A DNA stretch of 36,626 nucleotides from a virus (IMGVR_UViG_3300046779_000458:1-36626); one strand, 5' to 3'; counted from the first letter of the stretch, positions 1-8,293 are shown. The notes: generated from the sequence alone by a model not told the origin. A program made the numbers and translations.

Positions 1-174
1 CTCACAAGGAACCGTGGCTACCTCATAACTAACCAAGTGTTCTTGTAAGTGTCCACCTTCACAGGTGAAGTCCCAAAGTCTACGAGGCATCCTGAGCGTC
101 TCCCGACGAGTCTCGTTGCAATGCTTCGTAAGCCTGTTCTGAGCTTTCTTTCAGAGTTAGCACCCACTGAAGGA
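1..174. repeat. Terminal direct repeat, copy 1 (assembly circularisation overlap)
   Basis: 1-174 matches 36453-36626 with mismatches only at positions 10, 13, 46 and 47; the last 127 nt are identical. Confidence 0.97.
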
Positions 175-340
175 TGTCTAATTGTCCTTTACGAAAGAAC
201 AGATCAATTTCGTTCTGGATTGGAGCAACTTTATTGACCGCATCGAATATTCCTTGAACATCCTCGGTGAATTGCTTCCATCCCTCCGTTGACATCATGT
301 CCCAACGGTTCTCATAGTATTTCTGAAGTGCTTTGTCCAC
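80..340 (-). CDS. Head-module hypothetical protein between portal region and scaffold
   Basis: 86 aa, GTG start with AAGGAG SD; own promoter at 392-420; 3' end overlaps the Zn-ribbon gene across the circle junction. Confidence 0.8.
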   Translation of the reverse strand: MDKALQKYYENRWDMMSTEGWKQFTEDVQGIFDAVNKVAPIQNEIDLFFRKGQLDILQWVLTLKESSEQAYEALQRDSSGDAQDAS

Positions 341-364
341 AGTTTTCTCCTTTAAATGGGAACT

Positions 365-384
365 GTGTTGCTCGTAAACAACAC
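365..384. promoter_or_regulatory. Palindromic operator-like site GTGTTG-N8-CAACAC
   Basis: GTGTTG CTCGTAAA CAACAC directly downstream of the predicted TSS; same TGTTG-N8-CAACA pattern at 6241 and 6271. Confidence 0.55.
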
Positions 385-391
385 TATGCTG

Positions 392-420
392 ATACTACCA
401 CAAAATTACTTATTTGTCAA
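392..420 (-). promoter_or_regulatory. sigma70-type promoter (head genes)
   Basis: TTGACA-17 nt-TAGTAT with extended TG. Confidence 0.8.
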
Positions 421-427
421 GTGTTTT

Positions 428-748
428 TTATACAATCCAGTTAATTTGCTCAATCTGGTCGCAAATAGCCTTATCGTCATTGTCTTTTGCTTGGCTGACC
501 AAAGCGTTGATTTGGCTTTCTAACTCTGTATTTAAGGCTCGGTAGCTTGCACATTGGTCTTTGACTGACTGTGGCACAGGCTTGCCGCCAGTTACTTCTC
601 GCTCCACCATCCATGCGATGCCAGTATCCTCAATTGCTGTTTTACAGGCATTTTTAATCATGGATAGCCTGTCTTCAGCAGTTTGGCTAACTGTTCTGTG
701 GTCATAAGATTCGACCAATACTCCGTTTTCGTATCTTTCGTATTTCAT
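428..748 (-). CDS. Putative fibre assembly chaperone / hypothetical
   Basis: 106 aa directly downstream of a fibre-like gene; C-terminal ...IEQINW resembles fibre chaperone ends. Confidence 0.55.
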   Translation of the reverse strand: MKYERYENGVLVESYDHRTVSQTAEDRLSMIKNACKTAIEDTGIAWMVEREVTGGKPVPQSVKDQCASYRALNTELESQINALVSQAKDNDDKAICDQIEQINWIV

Positions 749-749
749 G

Positions 750-2033
750 TTAGACCACTCTTAGTGATATACCTGGCAAACCTGACTGTAACTCTAATAA
801 AGAAGTTTGGGCAGGGTCTGGTAATGTGGTTGAGCCATTAGCGGCAACATACGCATAAAACTGTGTAGTTCTTGTAGACTGACCAACAGCATATCCTGAA
901 ATTTGAGAAACAAAACTTGATATAGCTACTGTTGGAGTGGAATCAGGAATAACAGATAAAAAGTAAAATCCAGTATTGAGCGTTACGCTAATTGTTGCTT
1001 CTTTTTCACCAGTTGTTGTTGTTGATACTGTCCCACAATCTAATACTAAACTGGTCGGCACACCATTTGCCGCATTATATATACCAAATCTAGCTATTAG
1101 TCCAGCAGTAGCACTAATCACAAATCCAATTCTTGTAAATGTTGTTTTTTTTCTAACATAAAAAGGAATATAATAAATGCGGTTTGCAGTTAAAGATGTT
1201 GTTGTACCAAGACCATTCATTAAGTAACCAAAGTAATAGTTATTTGTTTTATAGCCAATACTTCCTACACCTAATCCAGCAATATCCGATGCGGTGCAGT
1301 CTGCATTAGCAGTAGCCGATACATCATAAACAGGCACTAAATCAGTCGGTGCTACTGTGGTTGGGCTAAGACTGTTGATGTCTAAAGCGATAGTGCCACT
1401 AGATGTAATTGTTCCGCCAGATAAACCAGAACCAGCAGTAATTGATGTTACTGTGCCTGAGCCGCCGGCAACGGCGTCCCAAGACAAGGCAGTGCCGTCA
1501 GTTGTGAGGTATTTACCCGCATTTCCAGCCTGACTTGGCAGTGCGGTTCCGCCAGCACCTCCTTTAATAATCTGAATAGTTTGTGCAGTTTCAGGACTAA
1601 AAAGCTGCCCAGCATCAATTTGATTACCGTCTGATAAGGTAATAACTAACGAGCCGTCGAAATCAACAGTTGCGTCTACAACAGAAATACCGTCTTTACC
1701 GTCAACACCGTCTTTGCCGTCGATACCGTCTTTACCGTCTCGTCCGTCAACTCCGTTGCGTCCGTCTTTACCGTCTTTACCGGCTGGACCTTGCGGACCG
1801 GCTTCGCCTTTCATGGCAGGAGTGTTTAATAGCTCCTCATACTTATCATTTAGACGATCTTCAATCTGTTTTAAAGCCGATACAACCTTTTCAGCGCTGT
1901 TATTGACTGCTTCTTCTCGCTTTTTACGAGTTTCAATTAGAGTGGATTCAATCTGCTGTAATGCAACTTGCTGTTCCTCTAAAGAAACAGTGCCGTCTGC
2001 CAGTTTTCTGAGGTATTCTTGGATATTAGCCAT
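750..2033 (-). CDS. Collagen-repeat fibre-like virion protein
   Basis: N-terminal coiled coil, 13 consecutive G-X-Y triplets (GEAGPQGPAGKD...GKD), fibre-type motifs LPSQAGNAGKYLTTDG and GTVTSITAGSGLSGG, AT-rich C-terminal domain. Confidence 0.75.
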   Translation of the reverse strand: MANIQEYLRKLADGTVSLEEQQVALQQIESTLIETRKKREEAVNNSAEKVVSALKQIEDRLNDKYEELLNTPAMKGEAGPQGPAGKDGKDGRNGVDGRDGKDGIDGKDGVDGKDGISVVDATVDFDGSLVITLSDGNQIDAGQLFSPETAQTIQIIKGGAGGTALPSQAGNAGKYLTTDGTALSWDAVAGGSGTVTSITAGSGLSGGTITSSGTIALDINSLSPTTVAPTDLVPVYDVSATANADCTASDIAGLGVGSIGYKTNNYYFGYLMNGLGTTTSLTANRIYYIPFYVRKKTTFTRIGFVISATAGLIARFGIYNAANGVPTSLVLDCGTVSTTTTGEKEATISVTLNTGFYFLSVIPDSTPTVAISSFVSQISGYAVGQSTRTTQFYAYVAANGSTTLPDPAQTSLLELQSGLPGISLRVV

Positions 2034-4086
2034 TGTTTGATAGTTTTTCCGTTATTTTATTAAGGAAATCTTCTTCGGTTTTACCAATTGTATTCATTTT
2101 CTCAGACATTTGCAACTCTACAATCTTTGATTTGTTCTTAATGTCTGCTTCTTTGAGCATCAATTCAGCAATTTTAACTCGTCTATCAAATTCTTGATTT
2201 GCTGCATCGTCTTCCGAAGGTAAATTCCGAGAAACAGCACTTACAACCTTGGCTTCTACCTCCCGTGGAGCCAGTTGAGCCTCAACCATCGTCTTTTGAG
2301 CCTCTGCCATGTCTCGTGTAGCACTAGCGTCAAGCTGTTTAATCTGTGCCTGTTGTGCTTGGAGCTGTAATTGTAGTTGAGCTTGAGCCAGCTGTTGCTG
2401 TTCTGGGTTAGGCTGCATCATCTGCTCTAACTGTGTGATCATCTCAGCACGATTTGGCAAGCTAGACGAGGCAATGATTCCTTTTAGGATCATCGGCAGT
2501 ACTGGAGTGTCAGGACCGAGGGTCTGGAGCAGGGCGATAAGTTGCTGTTGCTCGTATTCACGGGCAATAATACCCAAAGTAGCCATCGGAATAAACTTGT
2601 AGTCAGCCGCTGGGTAACGCTCAGGGTCAAACTGCATGAAACGATAGGCAGCCTTGCGGATGAGAGGTACTAAGAAGTCCTCTTGGAAGTTCGTCAGCGT
2701 CCGCTTGTACTTCTTAACGATACCAGCGATCGACATCGAGAACTGAGCGGCGCCGTCACGGGTAAACTGCGTTGGCTGACCAGCCGCATCTACCGTTCCA
2801 GTGGCTTGTAGCAACATACGCTCAAAGTTCTGGCTAATCGCCAAGTTGCCTTGATCGGTTGTACCGAACTTGAATGGGAACAGAATCTCTGCTGGGTTGC
2901 CGTTGGTGAGGATTGCTTTACCGGGCTTGACTTCAAACTTAGCGCCACGAGGTAGACGGGTAGCGTCCATGGCAATCATGGGCGAGGTTGTTAAGGCAAG
3001 GCTGTCTAAGTGGCTACGCAACTGAGCATCGATGCCCTTTTGCATATTGTATGCCTTCTCGACCGTGCCACGACCCCAGAAACGATTCGGTACGGTATCA
3101 TCCTGATATGCGACAACAGGACGATCCTTCATCATGTATGGGGTTTTCTCCGCCTTAAGAAGGGTTGATCCATTAGCAATAACAACAATCGCCTCGACGA
3201 GGTCGCTATACTTATCCGCAGTGCTATCCTCCGGAAAAAGATCGACAACTTCTTCACCTTCTTCATTCTCCAATTGTTCAATGTATTCACGAGGTACAAG
3301 ACCGTAGTACTTCATTAGGAGTACTTTATCGTCACGGAACTGTACATCTTCCTGTGTAGGCTCTAAGTCATCATCTTGACCGTAGGGCTGGATGTCTACC
3401 TTACGATAGATTCCCTTTTCGATACCAGCGACAACCTGATGGATGGAGACATAAGACTCAATCGCTACGCCCATTGCTTCGTCAACCGTTACAGCGTTGG
3501 GGTCAATCAAGAAGTTCTTAGGATTGATTGGGTTTAACTTAACGCAGGTGTATTCCTTTTCCATGACACCGTAGGCAGCAGTACCGTCAACCATTGGCAT
3601 GGTCTGTGGGAACAACTCAGTCTTTTTCGATACAGTTAACTCACCGATACCAGTACCATAGATCTCAGCCAATAACTCTACTTGAGTGATGGCTTTACGA
3701 ATGTTTTCCTTCTCTAAATCTTCTTTGAGTTGGAGTTTAAGGAGCTCAACATCGATAAGTTGTTGGTCCACCAAGTCATCACGGATGTCAAACCATTCAC
3801 CATTTCCGAATATTGCTTCGCAAATTTCTGCGTGTCTTGTTTCCACAGCCTGTTGAGTCGCTGGGGAGATAATACGGCTGCGCTCAGATTCTCTAGTACG
3901 GTCTTCTGCAGCCCACTTACCTCTAAATATTCTTTCATATTCACGCCAGTCCTCCAAATAGTTAGTATCTCGCCAATCTCTCCAACGATCGCAGTGCGAT
4001 ACTACGAACTCGACAATCTCTTTGTCGGACTCTGTTGGTTGTACGAATTCGTTCTGTGCTAATTCGTCTTTGGTAAATTCTGCCAT
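2026..4086 (-). CDS. Portal protein
   Basis: 686 aa directly after terL; RFWGRG motif and long Gln/Ala-rich C-terminal coiled coil as in P22-type podoviral portals. Confidence 0.88.
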   Translation of the reverse strand: MAEFTKDELAQNEFVQPTESDKEIVEFVVSHCDRWRDWRDTNYLEDWREYERIFRGKWAAEDRTRESERSRIISPATQQAVETRHAEICEAIFGNGEWFDIRDDLVDQQLIDVELLKLQLKEDLEKENIRKAITQVELLAEIYGTGIGELTVSKKTELFPQTMPMVDGTAAYGVMEKEYTCVKLNPINPKNFLIDPNAVTVDEAMGVAIESYVSIHQVVAGIEKGIYRKVDIQPYGQDDDLEPTQEDVQFRDDKVLLMKYYGLVPREYIEQLENEEGEEVVDLFPEDSTADKYSDLVEAIVVIANGSTLLKAEKTPYMMKDRPVVAYQDDTVPNRFWGRGTVEKAYNMQKGIDAQLRSHLDSLALTTSPMIAMDATRLPRGAKFEVKPGKAILTNGNPAEILFPFKFGTTDQGNLAISQNFERMLLQATGTVDAAGQPTQFTRDGAAQFSMSIAGIVKKYKRTLTNFQEDFLVPLIRKAAYRFMQFDPERYPAADYKFIPMATLGIIAREYEQQQLIALLQTLGPDTPVLPMILKGIIASSSLPNRAEMITQLEQMMQPNPEQQQLAQAQLQLQLQAQQAQIKQLDASATRDMAEAQKTMVEAQLAPREVEAKVVSAVSRNLPSEDDAANQEFDRRVKIAELMLKEADIKNKSKIVELQMSEKMNTIGKTEEDFLNKITEKLSNNG

Positions 4087-4095
4087 GGTTTTCCT

Positions 4096-5355
4096 TTAGT
4101 AGCCACTTACAACATCGAGAGCTTCGTAGTCATCATCCTCATAATCCTGCTGATAGTGAGCTACGGCGAGCTGGTCAACATAAGCTAATGCGTCAACTAA
4201 GTCATCATGCACATTAGCGGTTGGGAAGAGGAGCATCTGATCTACTAACTCTCTCCAGTCTTCATCTTCGTTTAGGGTAATACGACCGTGTTCCATACGA
4301 CCCTGTAAAGCCCAAGCGATACGCTCAGTCTTCTTTTTATTCCCGTGCGTCAAATCGGTAATGTGGAAGTACACATTGTATTTACGCATCATGTCATTGA
4401 GGTAGGGCAGTACCGCATTCTTTAGCGCCCCTCGCTCGATGCCTACCGAAGTAGGTTGGTATTCCTGTACGGCTCTAAGAATCTTCCCAGCAGTCTCTTT
4501 GATGTCCCATCTGCCGTGGATAATCTTTTCTACAAACCAGTCGCCAGTATCTTCTACTTTTACAATCGCTATAGCGGATTCGTCGAGCTTCTTCTTTCCT
4601 GCACCCGCATTTTTAGCAACTTCCTCAAAACCTGCGAGATCGATGGCGATAACATAATCGCCGTACTGCGGAGCTTCTCCATACTTAATCCATTCCTCTT
4701 TGAAGATCTCCTGCCCGGCATTATCAAAGGATGCTTCGTACTCCTGCTTGAACGCAAAGGAAGAAAGCGTCTTGCGTGCAGCCTCAACCTCTTTCGGATC
4801 AATCGTCTCATTGTCTTTCGTGGTGAAGTGCCATGCTTTCCATTCTTCATCCTCGCCGCTAACACCAAGGCTATACATATCGTAGAACCAGTTACGCCCT
4901 GACGGAGTGGAGATAAACATTGCATCTCCCTTTTTATCCGACAGGGAAGCACGAACAATCTTCTCCCAAGTCTCCTGCTTAATAAACGCACACTCGTCAA
5001 GGACTGCATAGTACAAACTGAGACCACGCAGTGTGTCGCTGTTGTCAGCGCCACGAACATGAATCTTACGACCATTCACCAGCGTGATGTCTAGGTTGTT
5101 GATGTGAGCAGACTTAATCACTGGTCTGCCGATCTCCAACAGGCTGTCCCAGATAATCTGTCTGGACTGTCCTAGCGTTGGTGAGACATACAATACAGCG
5201 CTCCCTTCGGGAGCTTCCAAAGCCTTGATGATCAGCATCATCGTAGCTAACCTGCTCTTACCGCAACGACGACCAGCAGCAATCACTTTAAAGCGAGTCT
5301 TGTCTTTAAATACTTCTTGCTGCCACTTTAGCAGCTGAAAGTTAAGACTCGTCAT
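4096..5355 (-). CDS. terL: Terminase large subunit
   Basis: Walker A AGRRCGKS, Walker B YAVLDE, coupling motif ISTP, nuclease IDLAG and HDDLVDA; start taken at MTSLNF, overlapping the terS end. Confidence 0.95.
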   Translation of the reverse strand: MTSLNFQLLKWQQEVFKDKTRFKVIAAGRRCGKSRLATMMLIIKALEAPEGSAVLYVSPTLGQSRQIIWDSLLEIGRPVIKSAHINNLDITLVNGRKIHVRGADNSDTLRGLSLYYAVLDECAFIKQETWEKIVRASLSDKKGDAMFISTPSGRNWFYDMYSLGVSGEDEEWKAWHFTTKDNETIDPKEVEAARKTLSSFAFKQEYEASFDNAGQEIFKEEWIKYGEAPQYGDYVIAIDLAGFEEVAKNAGAGKKKLDESAIAIVKVEDTGDWFVEKIIHGRWDIKETAGKILRAVQEYQPTSVGIERGALKNAVLPYLNDMMRKYNVYFHITDLTHGNKKKTERIAWALQGRMEHGRITLNEDEDWRELVDQMLLFPTANVHDDLVDALAYVDQLAVAHYQQDYEDDDYEALDVVSGY

Positions 5356-5770
5356 TCTCAATGACTCCCATGTCGACGACATCGGCATCAACGCTAGGGC
5401 TGGTTAGCCCAGTGATGTTGATGCTAATCTGTGGTGTCGTTCCACTGTTCTTAGCAGCGTCAAACATCGACAAGGGTAATACCCGATCGACACACATCTT
5501 CAGAGCCGCTATCTGATCCTTATCGTTAGGATCTAATGCTTTGTGGATTAGCGTCTCAATAATCTTATCACCGGAAGTTCCCAGCAGCCTAGCTTTGAAC
5601 TCATTGATTCTGGCTGCGTCTCCGGCAGGTCTTCCGACCTTACCTCTGTTACCCTTCTTCTTCGCTTCGATGTCCTTCTTCAGAGGACGACCAACCTTAC
5701 GACGAACTAACTTAGGTCTTTCCTTTTTTGTTTCTACGACAGAGGTACTTATTTCGACAGAATCAGACAT
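5342..5770 (-). CDS. terS: Putative terminase small subunit
   Basis: 142 aa overlapping the terL start; basic N-terminus with two KVGRP motifs and a helical core. Confidence 0.7.
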   Translation of the reverse strand: MSDSVEISTSVVETKKERPKLVRRKVGRPLKKDIEAKKKGNRGKVGRPAGDAARINEFKARLLGTSGDKIIETLIHKALDPNDKDQIAALKMCVDRVLPLSMFDAAKNSGTTPQISINITGLTSPSVDADVVDMGVIENDES

Positions 5771-5940
5771 TGTCTTTTATCCTAATGGGAAGACTTGTTA
5801 AAATTAGGGTTTTCCTACTATATAGTGCTTTACTCTATTGACTTGTATTCTATAGTAGCTTCAATATAGGAGAAGTACTATATGAATTATCATCTCTGAC
5901 GAAACACCCTAACGAATCATCACAGTTCTATATAGTGCGA

Positions 5941-5969
5941 ACTATATCATACTTTTGTTAATTTGTCAA
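5941..5969 (-). promoter_or_regulatory. sigma70-type promoter of the packaging/late arm
   Basis: TTGACA-17 nt-TATAGT with extended TG. Confidence 0.85.
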
Positions 5970-5994
5970 GTACTTTGTTAACTATTTTACTCTG

Positions 5995-6093
5995 CAGACC
6001 AGCAGGGCTGTGCGGGACTCCGTAGGCTAGCCTGTGCTCCGCTACCTGACATCCGAGACCACTTCGTGTGCGCCGATTCTGCTATCGAGTCTG
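5995..6093. ncRNA. Candidate structured RNA/DNA element
   Basis: GC-rich island in AT-rich intergenic DNA with nested complementarity (CAGAC/GTCTG, AGCAG/CTGCT, GCGG/CCGC, AGGC/GCCT). Confidence 0.3.
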
Positions 6094-6240
6094 TCCCTTT
6101 TCTGTCTATTCTATGCTCCGTATAAATATACTTTACTATCAATAACTTACATTGCAGTGCAATATAGGCTATTTTTACTATTTTATGTACGATAGAGGCT
6201 CCGACAACATCACACAACACTGGCAACCCCTCCCCCCCGG

Positions 6241-6288
6241 TGTTGTTTTTATACAACAGTATTGCTAAAGTGTTGTTTCTACGCAACA
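6241..6288. promoter_or_regulatory. Tandem palindromic sites TGTTG-N8-CAACA (6241-6258, 6271-6288)
   Basis: TGTTGTTTTTATACAACA and TGTTGTTTCTACGCAACA at a 30-bp period, right after a C-rich tract at 6227-6238. Confidence 0.6.
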
Positions 6289-6363
6289 GTCTAGCACTCA
6301 TAGGACTTGATTGCTAACAATAGAGTAAAACTATCGAGGATATGGGGCGATGAAGCACCTTTA

Positions 6364-6414
6364 TAGTGCAACATAGTGCAGCCTAGTATCAGCACCAACC
6401 TAGTGCAACATAGT
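6364..6414. repeat. 14-bp direct repeat TAGTGCAACATAGT x2
   Basis: Exact copies at 6364-6377 and 6401-6414, just upstream of the early promoter. Confidence 0.8.
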
Positions 6415-6423
6415 AAACCTAGA

Positions 6424-6452
6424 TTGACACTAGGTATTGATAGACCTAAGCT
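6424..6452 (+). promoter_or_regulatory. sigma70-type early promoter
   Basis: TTGACA-17 nt-TAAGCT upstream of the first early gene. Confidence 0.6.
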
Positions 6453-6588
6453 ATTGGCATTGATACTTGATAGAAAAATACAATGAAAACATAGGGTTTT
6501 CACTAATGCTTTAGCCTGTGGATTTGATACAGTTGAGGGTAAGAAAAGAAGTAAATTTTTAATGTAATAACTAATGAAAGGAAACACC

Positions 6589-6747
6589 ATGCAAGTATTT
6601 ACAACACCAGAAGGCAATAAGATTGATAGCATTACTTTAGAATTGATGAGATCAGAGATTTTGATTAACACAATGGAACGAGTAGAAAACGAGACATTGT
6701 TCAAAATGTTTGATATATTCATGTCAGTAAAGAATCAACAGAAGTAA
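6589..6747 (+). CDS. Early hypothetical protein (52 aa, MQVFTTPEG...)
   Basis: AAAGGA SD then ATG; below the ORF-track cut-off, translated by eye. Confidence 0.7.
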   Translation: MQVFTTPEGNKIDSITLELMRSEILINTMERVENETLFKMFDIFMSVKNQQK

Positions 6748-6785
6748 ACTTAAACCGCTTTATCCTAACTTTGGAGGTATTACAA

Positions 6786-7064
6786 ATGAGAAAAATTGAA
6801 CAACAAATGATTAATGCCATTGATAAACGCAAGGCATGGCAATTAGGCAATACAACAGTATCGCCAATTGACGAAACCAAATCAGCGATCTATTTACATG
6901 GTAATCATATTGCAGACTATTGGTATTGGATTAATGAAGTTGTAGTCAATGTTGATACACTTCGTCAATGGCAGACACCAACAACTAAATCACGCTTACG
7001 GGCTTTGGGTGCTAATGTAACCACTCGCAAGGGTGTTACCTATCTTAACAATGTTGCAATTTAA
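6786..7064 (+). CDS. Early hypothetical protein (MRKIEQQM...)
   Basis: GGAGGT SD before the ATG at 6786; IYLHGNHIA and TPTTKSRL motifs. Confidence 0.8.
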   Translation: MRKIEQQMINAIDKRKAWQLGNTTVSPIDETKSAIYLHGNHIADYWYWINEVVVNVDTLRQWQTPTTKSRLRALGANVTTRKGVTYLNNVAI

Positions 7065-7078
7065 TTAGAGGCTTAATC

Positions 7079-7369
7079 ATGAAAGAAAACACATACAACG
7101 GATGGACTAACTACGCTACATGGCGCATAAATCTTGAAATATTTGATGGTAAATCACTCAGCGATTATTCAAACGCTGATGATGTTCACGATGTTGCCGA
7201 GGATTTGAGATACTATGTAAATGACTATTTCGAGCAAACCGCACAAGACGGAATAAACAATGGGTTTGATTTGTCGCTAATGCGGGATTATGCTCTAGCG
7301 TTTATCAGCGATGTTAATTGGTATGAAATCGCTCAACACTTAGTAGATAACTATTCGGAGGAATCATGA
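7079..7369 (+). CDS. Early acidic hypothetical protein (YNGWTNYATW type)
   Basis: 96 aa, GAGG SD; YNGWTNYATW and VNWYEIA motifs typical of phage early proteins. Confidence 0.8.
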   Translation: MKENTYNGWTNYATWRINLEIFDGKSLSDYSNADDVHDVAEDLRYYVNDYFEQTAQDGINNGFDLSLMRDYALAFISDVNWYEIAQHLVDNYSEES

Positions 7370-7461
7370 GATTAAAGAATTGGCACATGGTAATTTTAGG
7401 TGTAGTCTTATTTGTATTTGCTCAAATTATGTGGCACTTAACTGCGATAGGAGTAATTTAA
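7366..7461 (+). CDS. Small membrane protein (31 aa)
   Basis: GGAGGA SD, ATGA overlap; MRLKNWHMVILGVVLFVFAQIMWHLTAIGVI. Confidence 0.65.
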   Translation: MRLKNWHMVILGVVLFVFAQIMWHLTAIGVI

Positions 7462-7462
7462 T

Positions 7463-7612
7463 ATGAATACAGAATTATATTGTTTAATTGGGGCTTTGGC
7501 TGACAGTTTAGAATGGTGTCATGAGCAATTAGAAGAACTTGACCCAGAAGATGACAGAGTCATCAAAGATGTATTATCACAGGCAAATAAAGTAATACAG
7601 GAGGGACTATGA
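7463..7612 (+). CDS. Early hypothetical protein (49 aa)
   Basis: AGGAG SD; tightly packed between neighbours. Confidence 0.65.
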   Translation: MNTELYCLIGALADSLEWCHEQLEELDPEDDRVIKDVLSQANKVIQEGL

Positions 7613-7785
7613 CCTATAAAGAATTACTAGAAAACCTTAGCCGAATCCCTGAAGATAGGCTAAACGATACCGCTTTAGTGTTTATCCAATGGGATAATGA
7701 ATACTTACCTGTATCGGCTATTTGGGAATCAGGCAAAGAAAACGATGTATTAGACGAAGGTCATTCTTACTTAGTTATTAAATGA
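7609..7785 (+). CDS. Early hypothetical protein (58 aa, MTYKELLE...)
   Basis: GGAGGG SD, ATGA overlap. Confidence 0.7.
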   Translation: MTYKELLENLSRIPEDRLNDTALVFIQWDNEYLPVSAIWESGKENDVLDEGHSYLVIK

Positions 7786-7796
7786 AAGGATTTAAT

Positions 7797-7961
7797 ATGA
7801 CACGATCAGAGCTGCAATACCAGATTTGGCACGATTTAGGGTATTTAGAGGGTAAAACTGACCCAAAGTATCAGCAGCACTTATGGCGGTTATCTGATGG
7901 GGAATTATTTAATTTATGGCTTAACATTCACAATGCGAGAGAGGCATACAATCATGAGTAA
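7797..7961 (+). CDS. Early hypothetical protein (54 aa, MTRSELQY...)
   Basis: AAAGGA SD; fills the gap between neighbours. Confidence 0.65.
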   Translation: MTRSELQYQIWHDLGYLEGKTDPKYQQHLWRLSDGELFNLWLNIHNAREAYNHE

Positions 7962-8142
7962 AAAACGATACAGGGTATTTTGTAGTCAGATGGTGTATAG
8001 CAAAACACTTGTCGAGGCAGAATCCGAGGAAGAGGCGAAAGCAATCGCTTACGAATCTGACGGACTAGACTGGAAAGAATGCCATTATGGCAATTGGGAC
8101 ATTGAGGAAGTAGAACCACTAAACGAGGCTAATCATGAATAA
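7954..8142 (+). CDS. Early hypothetical protein (VEAESEEEA motif)
   Basis: GAGG SD before MSKKRY; shortened from track ORF 7897. Confidence 0.7.
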   Translation: MSKKRYRVFCSQMVYSKTLVEAESEEEAKAIAYESDGLDWKECHYGNWDIEEVEPLNEANHE

Positions 8143-8293
8143 ATTCGATTATTACTTTGAGTTTCATCAAATGCGCTTAGACGATCCTACATTTAGGGAA
8201 CAATACGACGCACACGAGTTTGAGATTTGGTATCAAGACTTTTATATGATGATGGAACAGGAACAAGAGAGGCTAAATACTTATGAAAACTAA
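8135..8293 (+). CDS. Early acidic hypothetical protein (52 aa)
   Basis: GAGG SD; MNKFDYYFEF... Confidence 0.65.
   Translation: MNKFDYYFEFHQMRLDDPTFREQYDAHEFEIWYQDFYMMMEQEQERLNTYEN

Noticed and set aside
1-174. Physical T7-type terminal repeat
   Set aside because: It falls inside late genes and has a 127-nt exact core typical of assembly overlap; true ends are more likely in 5771-6588.
5895-5920. Hammerhead ribozyme core (CTGACGA)
   Set aside because: No stem II followed by GAAA and no flanking stems could be built.
5987-6722. Track ORFs 5987-6301 and 6291-6722 on the - strand
   Set aside because: No convincing SD or protein-like features; they span promoters and repeats, and one lies antisense to the SD-backed 6589-6747 gene.
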